Shown here one piece after another: positions 1-7,306 of a stretch of DNA of 24,191 bases (positions are counted from its first letter, which is position 1; each line of letters starts with the position of its first letter). Below the pieces are notes generated by a model that saw only the letters and a program-made list of their open reading frames with translations, did no database searches and was not told the origin of the DNA. The position numbers were made by a program, and so were the translations under genes. This DNA comes from Thermoleophilaceae bacterium (GTDB lineage: Bacteria; Actinomycetota; Thermoleophilia; Solirubrobacterales; Thermoleophilaceae): contig DASQER010000280.1 in NCBI GenBank assembly GCA_035633575.1, positions 1 through 24,191 of the forward strand, read 5' to 3'.

Positions 1-60
1 GTTCGCTGCCAGGTGCCCAATCGGTACCCGGCGACGCAACCGCACCAGCCGACTGCGGGC

Positions 61-97
61 ACACAAAAGACCTGCAAATGCGGGCCTTTTGCTTTTT
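61..97. terminator. Probable bidirectional intrinsic terminator downstream of the DUF1611 gene
   Basis: AAAAGACCTGCA-AA-TGCGGGCCTTTT hairpin (65-90) with a T-rich run on + (87-97) and an A-rich run (61-68) that reads as a U tract on -; about 20 nt after the DUF1611 stop at 120. Confidence 0.6.
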
Positions 98-119
98 CGT
101 ACCGCCCTATGTCGAAAGA

Positions 120-1184
120 TCAGGCCGGGGTTTTCGCCTGCGTGTCGAGCGCTTCGAGCACCGCGTCGAGCACCCGCTCGGGCCCGAAGCGCACCACGTC
201 GTCCGCCACCAGGCCGGTCTCGCGCTCCGCGTCCGCGATTGCGCCTCGGGCCGAGTCCTCGTCGAGATCAGAGGTGTTCAGCGCAATCGCCGCCACCTTC
301 GCGGGGCGCACGGGCGAGGCCACCGCCTCGTAGGCCTGAATCAGCTCGGGCAGCGGCGGGATCGGCAGGTGGGGGTAGTTGCGGTTGTGGGTGGCGTTCG
401 GCTTGTGCACCAGGATCAGGAGGTCCGGGGCGGAGCCGTGCAGCAGCCCGAGCGTCACCCCCGAGTAGGCGGGGTGGAAGAGGGCGCCCTGGCCCTCCAC
501 GAACAGCAGGTCGCCGCGCTCGGCGCCCTCGTGCACGAGCCGCTCCCCGGCGCCCGCCACGTAGTCGGAGATCACGTGGTCCACGGCGATCCCCCAGCCC
601 GCGATGGCCACGCCGGTCTGACCGGTCGGCACGAACACCGAGCGCAGCCCGCGCTCGCGCGCGGCGCGGTCCAGCTCGAGCGTCACCACCTTCTTCCCGA
701 TCACGGTGTCCGAGCCGACGCTGTGGACCACCCGCACGGAGTCGGGGCGGCTGTACGGGCCCTCCGGCACCGTCAGGCCGGACGGCGCGGCGCGCAGGTC
801 GCGCAGCTCCACGCCGGCCCGTTCAGCTGCGTCACGCAGCTCCGGATCATCCGCAAGCTGGGTGTGCAGACCGGCTTCAAGGGAAAGCCCAGCCTTCACC
901 GCTGCCAGCAGTGTTGGCCGCCACGCGGGATCGAGCTTCCCCCCGGGCGGCGCCACCCCGATGAGCAGCGTGCCCGCGCCGCGCTCGATGGCCTCGTCCA
1001 GCGTTGCGACGATCGGCGCCGGATGGAGGCAGAAGGGCTCGACCTCGTTCGCCGTGCGGCCCGCGCAGGTCGAGTCGATCACGGCCACCACGTCGCGCGT
1101 CCCGTAGCGGATCACGCCGTGGGCGGTCTTGCCGCTGTGCTCGGCGAAGAGCCCCTCGGCGAAGATGGCGAGCCGCTCGCTCAT
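120..1184 (-). CDS. DUF1611 family P-loop protein (DgcN-like D-amino-acid N-acetyltransferase candidate)
   Basis: ATG at 1184 overlaps the upstream TGA (ATGA); 354 aa. Motifs GKTAHGVIRYG, GLHTQL, VGSDTVIGKK, PTGQTGVAI, VEGQGALFHPAYSGVTLGLLHGSAPD are typical of DUF1611. The 578-aa track ORF is over-extended upstream. Confidence 0.9.
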   Translation of the reverse strand: MSERLAIFAEGLFAEHSGKTAHGVIRYGTRDVVAVIDSTCAGRTANEVEPFCLHPAPIVATLDEAIERGAGTLLIGVAPPGGKLDPAWRPTLLAAVKAGLSLEAGLHTQLADDPELRDAAERAGVELRDLRAAPSGLTVPEGPYSRPDSVRVVHSVGSDTVIGKKVVTLELDRAARERGLRSVFVPTGQTGVAIAGWGIAVDHVISDYVAGAGERLVHEGAERGDLLFVEGQGALFHPAYSGVTLGLLHGSAPDLLILVHKPNATHNRNYPHLPIPPLPELIQAYEAVASPVRPAKVAAIALNTSDLDEDSARGAIADAERETGLVADDVVRFGPERVLDAVLEALDTQAKTPA

Positions 1185-2191
1185 GCCGGCGCCACCCCGA
1201 GCCCCGGGCCCAGGCCCGGCAGCACGCGCCCGTCCTCGAAGCGCAGCCCCGTGAAGGGCTCGTCCGCGAGCAGCAGGTGGCCGTCGAGGTCCACCCAGTC
1301 CGCCAGCGAGGCGATCGCGGCCGCGGGGGCCACGCCGAGCTGGGACTCGACCATGCAGCCGAGCATCACTCGCAGGCCGAGGGCGCGGGCGGCGTGGATC
1401 ATCCGCACAGCCTCCCGCACGCCACCCGACTTGGCGAGCTTCACGTTGATGCCGTCGGCGTATTCGGCCGCGGGCGCCACGTCGCGCAGGTCGTGGCAGC
1501 CCTCGTCCACGATCACCGGCAGGCGCGGCGTGACCTCGCGCAGGCCGCGAAACGAGTCCAGGTCGTCCGCCGGGAAGGGCTGCTCGACCAGCTCCACGTC
1601 CAGGCGGACCAGCTCCGGCATCAGCTCGCGCGCGGACTCGAGCGTCCAGCCCTCGTTCGCGTCCACCCGCAGCGGGGCGTCCGACTCCGCGCGCACCGCC
1701 TCCAGGCGCGCGAGGTCCTCCGCGCCGCCCACCTTGACCTTCAGGGCGCGGAAGCCGCGCGCCCGCCGCGCGCGGTCGCGCGTGCCCTCGAGCGAGTCGA
1801 TGCCGATCGTGTACGAGGTCGGCGGCGCCTCGGGTGAGAGGCCGAGCAGGCGCCACACCGGCACTCCCAGCCGCCGGCCGATCCAGTCGTGGAGCGCGGC
1901 GTCGAGCGCGGCCTTGCCGGCGGCCTCGCCGTCCACGTCCTCGAGCCGCTCCTCGATCTCCTCGAGCGCGAACGGGTCGTCGCCGGCGAGCGGAGGCGCG
2001 GTCGTGGTCAGGAAGTCGGCCGCGGACTCGACCGACTCACCGCGGTAGTAGACCGGCGCCGCCTCGCCGCGCCCGACGATGCCGTCGTGCTCGAGCTCCA
2101 GCTGCACGACGGACTGAGTCGTGCGCGAGCCGCGCGCGATGCCGAACTCCTCGGCGAGCGCCAGCGAAGCGGTTGTGGTCCTGAGCTCCAC
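1181..2191 (-). CDS. Dipeptide epimerase / L-Ala-D/L-Glu epimerase-type enolase superfamily enzyme (DgcA-like)
   Basis: KxK motif (LKVKVG), metal ligands in RVDANEGW, VEQP and VDE, then NVKLAKSGG, GCMVES and the DLDG motif diagnostic of dipeptide epimerases. Start placed at GTG 2191 (MELRTTT); the exact start is uncertain. Confidence 0.88.
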   Translation of the reverse strand: MELRTTTASLALAEEFGIARGSRTTQSVVQLELEHDGIVGRGEAAPVYYRGESVESAADFLTTTAPPLAGDDPFALEEIEERLEDVDGEAAGKAALDAALHDWIGRRLGVPVWRLLGLSPEAPPTSYTIGIDSLEGTRDRARRARGFRALKVKVGGAEDLARLEAVRAESDAPLRVDANEGWTLESARELMPELVRLDVELVEQPFPADDLDSFRGLREVTPRLPVIVDEGCHDLRDVAPAAEYADGINVKLAKSGGVREAVRMIHAARALGLRVMLGCMVESQLGVAPAAAIASLADWVDLDGHLLLADEPFTGLRFEDGRVLPGLGPGLGVAPA

Positions 2192-2275
2192 GAGCCGGAC
2201 AGCATGACGATCCGCGAGAGCCCGCTCCGTCGGCATCCGACCCCTTACCCGCCGCAGGTGCGAGCCTTAGCTGCC

Positions 2276-2452
2276 GTGAAGGCCGGCCTCTGCGACACCT
2301 GCGCCCACCAGAAGCTGATCCGCACGGGGCGCGGGAGCGTGTTCTCGATGTGCCTGCGCTCGAAGACGGACGAGCGCTTCCCGAAGTACCCGCGCATCCC
2401 GGTGGAGCGCTGCCCCGGCTACGAGGAGCGGCCGGCTAGCGAGTCCCGCTGA
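2276..2452 (+). CDS. Small 4-Cys putative metal-binding protein (C-x2-C-x16-C-x19-C)
   Basis: MKAGLCDTCAHQKLIRTGRGSVFSMCLRSKTDERFPKYPRIPVERCPGYE... is protein-like, with GC-typical codons, and fills the gap between two minus-strand genes. In-frame alternative starts at 2204 (ATG) and 2258 (GTG). Confidence 0.7.
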   Translation: MKAGLCDTCAHQKLIRTGRGSVFSMCLRSKTDERFPKYPRIPVERCPGYEERPASESR

Positions 2453-3050
2453 CGATGGTCTTGCCGTCGTCTGCCACGCGCACGTCGGGCGCCGCGTCCG
2501 AGACGGTTCCCGCGAAGCTGCCGCGCGGCGCGGGGCCGCCGCCCGGGGCGACGGCCTTCGCCTTGCCGTCGAGCCCGGCCGCGACCTTCCAGCTCACCTC
2601 GAAGTCGCCGGCCTTCACGGCCGTGACCGACCAGCGGAAGGTCTTCTCCTCGTTGGGCCGCAGCGGCCCGCACGCCCAGGTGTTCACGTAGGCGGTGTCG
2701 CAGCCGCGCGGGCTCGCGTCCTTCGCCTCCGGGAAGCCCGCGATCTCGACCTGCACGCCGTTCAGCGCGAAGACCGGGCGACTCGGGTCCGCGAGGTCCG
2801 GGTCCCGCTTGCGGCGGTCGAAGCCGTTCACCGTCATGGCGATGTTCGGGATCGTGTTGCTGCCGGCGTTGCGGACGGTCACGACGAGGTCGGAGCTCTT
2901 GGCGAGCTTCTGATCCTCGGGGAACTGCGCGGACACCACCTCGACCGGGAAGTTGCCCTCCGGCTCGTTCTCGTCCTGGCGCTCCCCGCCGCCGCATCCC
3001 GCGACAGCCAGGAGGCAAAGGAGCGACACGTGCGTCCTCCACGCCCTCAA
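2436..3050 (-). CDS. Putative lipoprotein with an Ig-like beta-sandwich domain
   Basis: Start taken as TTG 3050, giving MRAWRTHVSLLCLLAVAG-C with a lipobox (VAGC). The mature part has alternating beta-strand patterns (VVTVRNAG, TWACGPLRPNEEKTFRWSVTAV). An alternative GTG start follows a GGAGG but leaves a very short signal peptide. Confidence 0.75.
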   Translation of the reverse strand: MRAWRTHVSLLCLLAVAGCGGGERQDENEPEGNFPVEVVSAQFPEDQKLAKSSDLVVTVRNAGSNTIPNIAMTVNGFDRRKRDPDLADPSRPVFALNGVQVEIAGFPEAKDASPRGCDTAYVNTWACGPLRPNEEKTFRWSVTAVKAGDFEVSWKVAAGLDGKAKAVAPGGGPAPRGSFAGTVSDAAPDVRVADDGKTIVSGTR

Positions 3051-3059
3051 AGCCGGGCG

Positions 3060-3068
3060 AACATACCA
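3060..3068 (-). promoter_or_regulatory. Putative extended -10 (TGgTATGTT) for the lipoprotein gene
   Basis: TANNNT with a TG extension, 9 nt upstream of TTG 3050. Confidence 0.4.
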
Positions 3069-3190
3069 CCCGCAAGCGCCTTGACGCGCAGGTACGGTTC
3101 CCTGTGGCGGACCCGTTGCACATGCCATAGGCTTTTCCGGCGTACGTGTTTTCGGGGAGCGGGAAGCTCCCTCGGGGAGGAGTTGTGTAA

Positions 3191-3997
3191 GTGGTCCGAG
3201 CCGCAGCCGATCGGGTCTTCCTGCCGACCAAGAACCTGCTGGAGCAGGTGGGCGACATGATGATCCTGACCGGCAAGACGCTGGTCTCCGCTCTGCGGCC
3301 GCCGTACCCGTACGGCACCGAGTTCGTGCAGCAGTTCCTGTTCATGCTGCGGCTCTGCTGGCTGCCGCTCACGATCTCGACGATCGCCTTCGGCTACGGC
3401 GCTCCCGGCCTCCAGGCGGGCAACTTCCTGGTCCTGTTCGGGGCCATCGACCGGCTCGGCGGCTTCTTCGTGCTCGCCTCGATCCGCGAGTTCGCCCCGT
3501 TCGTGACGGCGATCATCCTGGCGGGCGTGGGCGGCACCGCCATCACGGCCGACCTCGGCGCCCGCAAGATCCGCGAGGAGCTCGACGCGCTCCAGGTGCT
3601 GGGCGTGGACCCGATCAAGAACCTGGTCGTGCCGCGCTTCCTGGCGCTGATGGTGGTGACCGGCCTCTTCAACATCTACGCGCTGATCTTCGGCATCTTC
3701 GGCGGCGTGCTGGCCACGCTCACCTTCGACGCGCCGCTGGGGCCCTTCTTCGCCACCCTGCTCAACAACGCCAGCACCACCGACCTGTGGGGCTCGGTGG
3801 TCAAGACGACTCTGTTCGGCGCCATCATCGCGATCGTCTCCTGTTACAAGGGGATGACCGCGTCGGGAGGCGCGGAAGGGGTGGGCAGGGCCGTGAACCA
3901 GGGCGTGGTGATCGAGTTCCTCGGGATCTTCGCCTTCAACTACGTCTTCACGCAGACGCTGCTCGCCACCCATCCCGAGATCTCGGTGATCAAGTAA
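3191..3997 (+). CDS. yrbEA: YrbE/MlaE family ABC permease (Mce system), subunit A
   Basis: GTG start after GGAGGAG; hydrophobic 268 aa; MlaE motifs REFAPFVTAIILAG and ADLGARKIREELDALQVLGVDPIKNLVVPRF. Confidence 0.95.
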   Translation: MVRAAADRVFLPTKNLLEQVGDMMILTGKTLVSALRPPYPYGTEFVQQFLFMLRLCWLPLTISTIAFGYGAPGLQAGNFLVLFGAIDRLGGFFVLASIREFAPFVTAIILAGVGGTAITADLGARKIREELDALQVLGVDPIKNLVVPRFLALMVVTGLFNIYALIFGIFGGVLATLTFDAPLGPFFATLLNNASTTDLWGSVVKTTLFGAIIAIVSCYKGMTASGGAEGVGRAVNQGVVIEFLGIFAFNYVFTQTLLATHPEISVIK

Positions 3998-4797
3998 TGG
4001 GGCGTACCTGGCTGAGCGTCCCACGCGACTGGATCGCGTCGTTCGGGGACATCGTCAAGTTCTGCGCGCGCGTGATGGGCGCCGTCTTCAGCGGGCGCGT
4101 CTTCCACTTCTTCGGCGAGGCGCTGCGGCAGGCGGGCATCCTGATCCTGGGCTCGGCGCTCGTGATCTGGGGCCTGGCGTTCATCCTCGGCCTCCAGTGC
4201 GGCATCGAGGGGGCGTACTTCAACCGCTCCGTGGGCGCCCCGGCGTACGCCGGCGTCTTCAGCGCCTGGTGCGACCTGCGCGAGATCATGCCCTACGCCT
4301 TCGGCTACATGATGTCGGCCAAGGTCGGCACGGGCCTCGTGGCCGAGATCGGCGCCATGCGCATCTCCGACGAGATCGACGCGCTCGAGGTGATGGGCAT
4401 CAACTCGCTCGTGTTCCTCTGCGCCACGCGCCTGCTGGCCGCCTGGATGGTGCTGCCGTTCATGTACATCGCGGCGGTCGGGGCCGGCTTCTTCGCGAGC
4501 TACCTGGCGGTGGTGCAGCAGATCGGCGAGGTCTCCTCTGGGGGCTTCTTCCTGATCTTCTGGATGTTCCAGAACCCGCCCGACCTCATCTACAGCCTGA
4601 TCAAGGGCATGGCGATGGCCACGGTCATCGTGCTCGTGGGCTGCTACTACGGCTACAACGCAGGCGGGGGGCCGGTGGGGGTCGGCACGGCCACGGCCAA
4701 GTCGATGGTGCTGAACACGGTGATGGTCCACCTGGTCGGCATGGTGGGGACACAGATCTTCTGGGGCTCGAATCCAAGAGCCCCGATAGGTGGATGA
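3997..4797 (+). CDS. yrbEB: YrbE/MlaE family ABC permease (Mce system), subunit B
   Basis: ATG overlaps the TAA of yrbEA (TAATG); 266 aa; motifs AEIGAMRISDEIDALEVMGI and GGPVGVGTATAKSM. Confidence 0.95.
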   Translation: MGRTWLSVPRDWIASFGDIVKFCARVMGAVFSGRVFHFFGEALRQAGILILGSALVIWGLAFILGLQCGIEGAYFNRSVGAPAYAGVFSAWCDLREIMPYAFGYMMSAKVGTGLVAEIGAMRISDEIDALEVMGINSLVFLCATRLLAAWMVLPFMYIAAVGAGFFASYLAVVQQIGEVSSGGFFLIFWMFQNPPDLIYSLIKGMAMATVIVLVGCYYGYNAGGGPVGVGTATAKSMVLNTVMVHLVGMVGTQIFWGSNPRAPIGG

Positions 4798-4813
4798 CGG
4801 AGGCGAGGGAGAA

Positions 4814-5836
4814 GTGAGCGAGCGCAGAGACGAGGGTGGGGAAGAGGCGGGCGAGCGGCCGCTCGAGCCGCAGGACTGGGAACAGACCCGCGGAGCGGAG
4901 CAGCAGGAGACGCCCGACGAGCAGCCGACCGAGCAGCAGCCCGCCGCCGAGGAGCGCGATGAGGCGCCGGCCGCGCCGAGCGCTGCCTCGCGCGGCACCG
5001 GCGAGATGACGCACGAGCGCGGCTCTCAGGCGGAGGCCGACGAGTACCAGTGGCACACGGGCCGCACGCGAGAGCACGGCTCGGATGACGCCGTCGAGTT
5101 CATCGACGTGGTCAAGGCCTTCGGCCGCAACCGGGTGCTGAACGGGCTCAACCTCGGCCTCCCCGACAACCAGATCTCGATGATCCTGGGCCCCTCGGGC
5201 ACCGGCAAGTCCGTGTGCATCAAGCACATGGTCGGACTGCTCTACCCCGACGAGGGCGACGTGCTCGTGCACGGCCAGTCCGTGCCGGACATGGCGGACG
5301 AGGACCTGTTCGAGATGCGCAAGAAGTTCGGCGTCCTGTTCCAGGACGGCGCGCTGTTCGGCTCCATGAACGTCTACGACAACACGGCGTTCCCGCTTCG
5401 CCAGCACACGGACAAGGGCGAGGACGAGATCCGCGAGATCGTGAACCGGCGTCTCGGAGAGGTCGGCCTCGCGGCCGCCTACGAGAAGATGCCCAACGAG
5501 CTGTCCGGCGGGATGCGCAAGCGCGCGGGATTCGCGCGGGCGCTGGTGCTGGACCCCGACATCGTGCTCTTCGACGAGCCTGACTCCGGGCTCGACCCGG
5601 TGCGCACGGCTCTGCTGTGCGAGCTCATCATGGAGGTGCACGAGGAGAACGGCGGCGCGTACTGCGTGATCACGCACGACATCATGTCGGCGCGCCGCGT
5701 GGCCGATTACATCGCGATCCTCTGGAAGGGCAGGATCGTCGAATCAGGGCCTGCAAGCGAGCTCTTCAACTCCGAGAACCAGTTCGTGAGGCAGTTCCTC
5801 TCCGGGGAGGCGCAGGGCCCCCTAGGGATGGAGTGA
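4814..5836 (+). CDS. mceG: MceG/Mkl (MlaF-like) ABC ATPase
   Basis: Walker A GPSGTGKS, signature LSGGMRKR, Walker B/D-loop VLFDEPDSGLDP, H-loop ITHD, C-terminal QFLSGEAQGPLGM. Start is GTG 4814 (after GAGGGAG) or ATG 5006. Confidence 0.93.
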   Translation: MSERRDEGGEEAGERPLEPQDWEQTRGAEQQETPDEQPTEQQPAAEERDEAPAAPSAASRGTGEMTHERGSQAEADEYQWHTGRTREHGSDDAVEFIDVVKAFGRNRVLNGLNLGLPDNQISMILGPSGTGKSVCIKHMVGLLYPDEGDVLVHGQSVPDMADEDLFEMRKKFGVLFQDGALFGSMNVYDNTAFPLRQHTDKGEDEIREIVNRRLGEVGLAAAYEKMPNELSGGMRKRAGFARALVLDPDIVLFDEPDSGLDPVRTALLCELIMEVHEENGGAYCVITHDIMSARRVADYIAILWKGRIVESGPASELFNSENQFVRQFLSGEAQGPLGME

Positions 5837-5845
5837 GGTAGGAAC

Positions 5846-5861
5846 CGCGCCGAAAGGCGCG
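5846..5861 (+). terminator. GC-rich GNRA-tetraloop hairpin after mceG (possible terminator or mRNA-stabilising stem)
   Basis: CGCGCC-GAAA-GGCGCG, 9 nt after the mceG stop; no U tract. Confidence 0.4.
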
Positions 5862-5986
5862 CAGCTGCGGGAAACCGGTCATAGACTGGACTCGTATGGG
5901 AGGCGTCGGTCGATTGACCGCGCTTGGACTCAAGGACAAGAGAGGGAAGGACTCGCGAGCCGCTCCAGAGTGAGCGTGGCTCGACC

Positions 5987-7306
5987 GTGGCGCGAATCCT
6001 CGCGCTCGCGGCGCTGATTGTTGCAGTGGCGCTGGCCGCGCTGGCGATGTTCGGCGGCGGCGACTCGTACAGGGTCAACGCGGTCTTCCAGAACGCCGGC
6101 CAGCTCGTGCCCGGTAACGAGGTGCGCGTGGGCGGCCAGCCCGTCGGCTCGATCTCCGACATCGAGCTGGACGACTCGGCGAACGCCGTCGTGACGATGG
6201 AGGTGAGCGAAGCCGTCGCCCCGCTGCACGAGGGCACCACGGCGACGATTCGCGCGACGTCGCTGTCGGGGATCACCAGCCGCTACGTCTCGGTCAAGCC
6301 CGGCCCCAACAACGGCGACGAGCTGGAGGACGGGGGCCGGATCGGCGCCGACGAGACCAGCTCGCCGGTCGACCTCGACGTGCTCTTCGACACGCTCGAC
6401 GGGAAGACGCGCGAGGGGCTGCGCAACTTCATCCGCGGCTCCGGCACCCAGTACGAGGGGCGTGGCCGAGAGGCGGGCGAGAGCATCAAGTACTTCGCGC
6501 CGTTCCTCGGGAGCACCACGCGGCTGACCGAGGAGCTGGCCCTGGACCAGAAGGTGCTCGAGCAGTTCCTCAGGGACGGCGCCGACACGGTCTCGGCGAT
6601 CGCCGAGCGCCGCGACGACCTCACCAACCTCGTGAGCAACACGAATGTCGCGATGGGCGCCATCGCGGACGAGAGCGCGGCGCTCCAGCGGGCGCTCGAG
6701 CTCCTCCCCGACACGCTGCGCAAGGCCAACACCACCTTCGTGAACCTGCGCTCGACGCTCGACGACCTGGAGAAGCTGGTCGAGGAGTCGAAGCCGGCCA
6801 CGAAGGAGCTCGCGCCGTTCTTCCGCGCACTGCGCCCGCTGGTGCACGACGCCCGGCCCACGGTCGCCGACCTGCGCGACCTGATCCGCACGCCCGGGCC
6901 GAACAACGACCTGATCGAGCTGACCGCGAAGCAGCCGCGCCTCGCCCAGCTGACGGCGAGCGTCTTCCCGCGCGCGATCCGCGCGCTCGACCGCACACAG
7001 CCGGTGATCGAGTACGCGCGCGGCTACACCCCCGACCTCGCGGCCTGGATCACCAAGTTCGGGCAGGCGGCCGCCTACTACGACGCGAACGGCCACTACG
7101 CGCGCGTCTCGCCGGTGTTCAGCCCGACCAACTTCGACCAGGGCGACTACAAGCTGGTCGGCGTCAGCCCCGCCGAGCGCCTGAACGGCTTCCGCAAGGG
7201 CGTCCGCGCCCAGTGCCCCGGCGGCGCGACGCAGCCCACGCCCGACGGCTCGGCCCCGTGGCCGTTCATGGGCTGCGACACGTCCACGACCCCGCCCGGC
7301 CCATGA
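5987..7306 (+). CDS. MCE family protein 1 (MlaD domain + long helical region)
   Basis: N-terminal TM, then YRVNAVFQNAGQLVPGNEVRVGGQPVGSI (MCE domain), a long amphipathic helical segment and a Pro/Cys C-terminus. Start GTG 5987; TTG 5924 is an in-frame alternative. Confidence 0.93.
   Translation: MARILALAALIVAVALAALAMFGGGDSYRVNAVFQNAGQLVPGNEVRVGGQPVGSISDIELDDSANAVVTMEVSEAVAPLHEGTTATIRATSLSGITSRYVSVKPGPNNGDELEDGGRIGADETSSPVDLDVLFDTLDGKTREGLRNFIRGSGTQYEGRGREAGESIKYFAPFLGSTTRLTEELALDQKVLEQFLRDGADTVSAIAERRDDLTNLVSNTNVAMGAIADESAALQRALELLPDTLRKANTTFVNLRSTLDDLEKLVEESKPATKELAPFFRALRPLVHDARPTVADLRDLIRTPGPNNDLIELTAKQPRLAQLTASVFPRAIRALDRTQPVIEYARGYTPDLAAWITKFGQAAAYYDANGHYARVSPVFSPTNFDQGDYKLVGVSPAERLNGFRKGVRAQCPGGATQPTPDGSAPWPFMGCDTSTTPPGP

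Noticed and set aside
67-76. AAGACCTGC resembling the 3' end of a cobalamin riboswitch
   Set aside because: None of the other conserved cobalamin elements are present, and the bases are part of a terminator hairpin.
3103-3122. TGTGG...GCACA as a CRP/GlxR-like site
   Set aside because: Half-site spacing does not fit TGTGA-N6-TCACA.
5838-5880. AACC-stem-GAAA-stem resembling a c-di-GMP-I riboswitch
   Set aside because: The following GGGACGCAAAGC-type conserved segment and the P1/P3 elements are missing.
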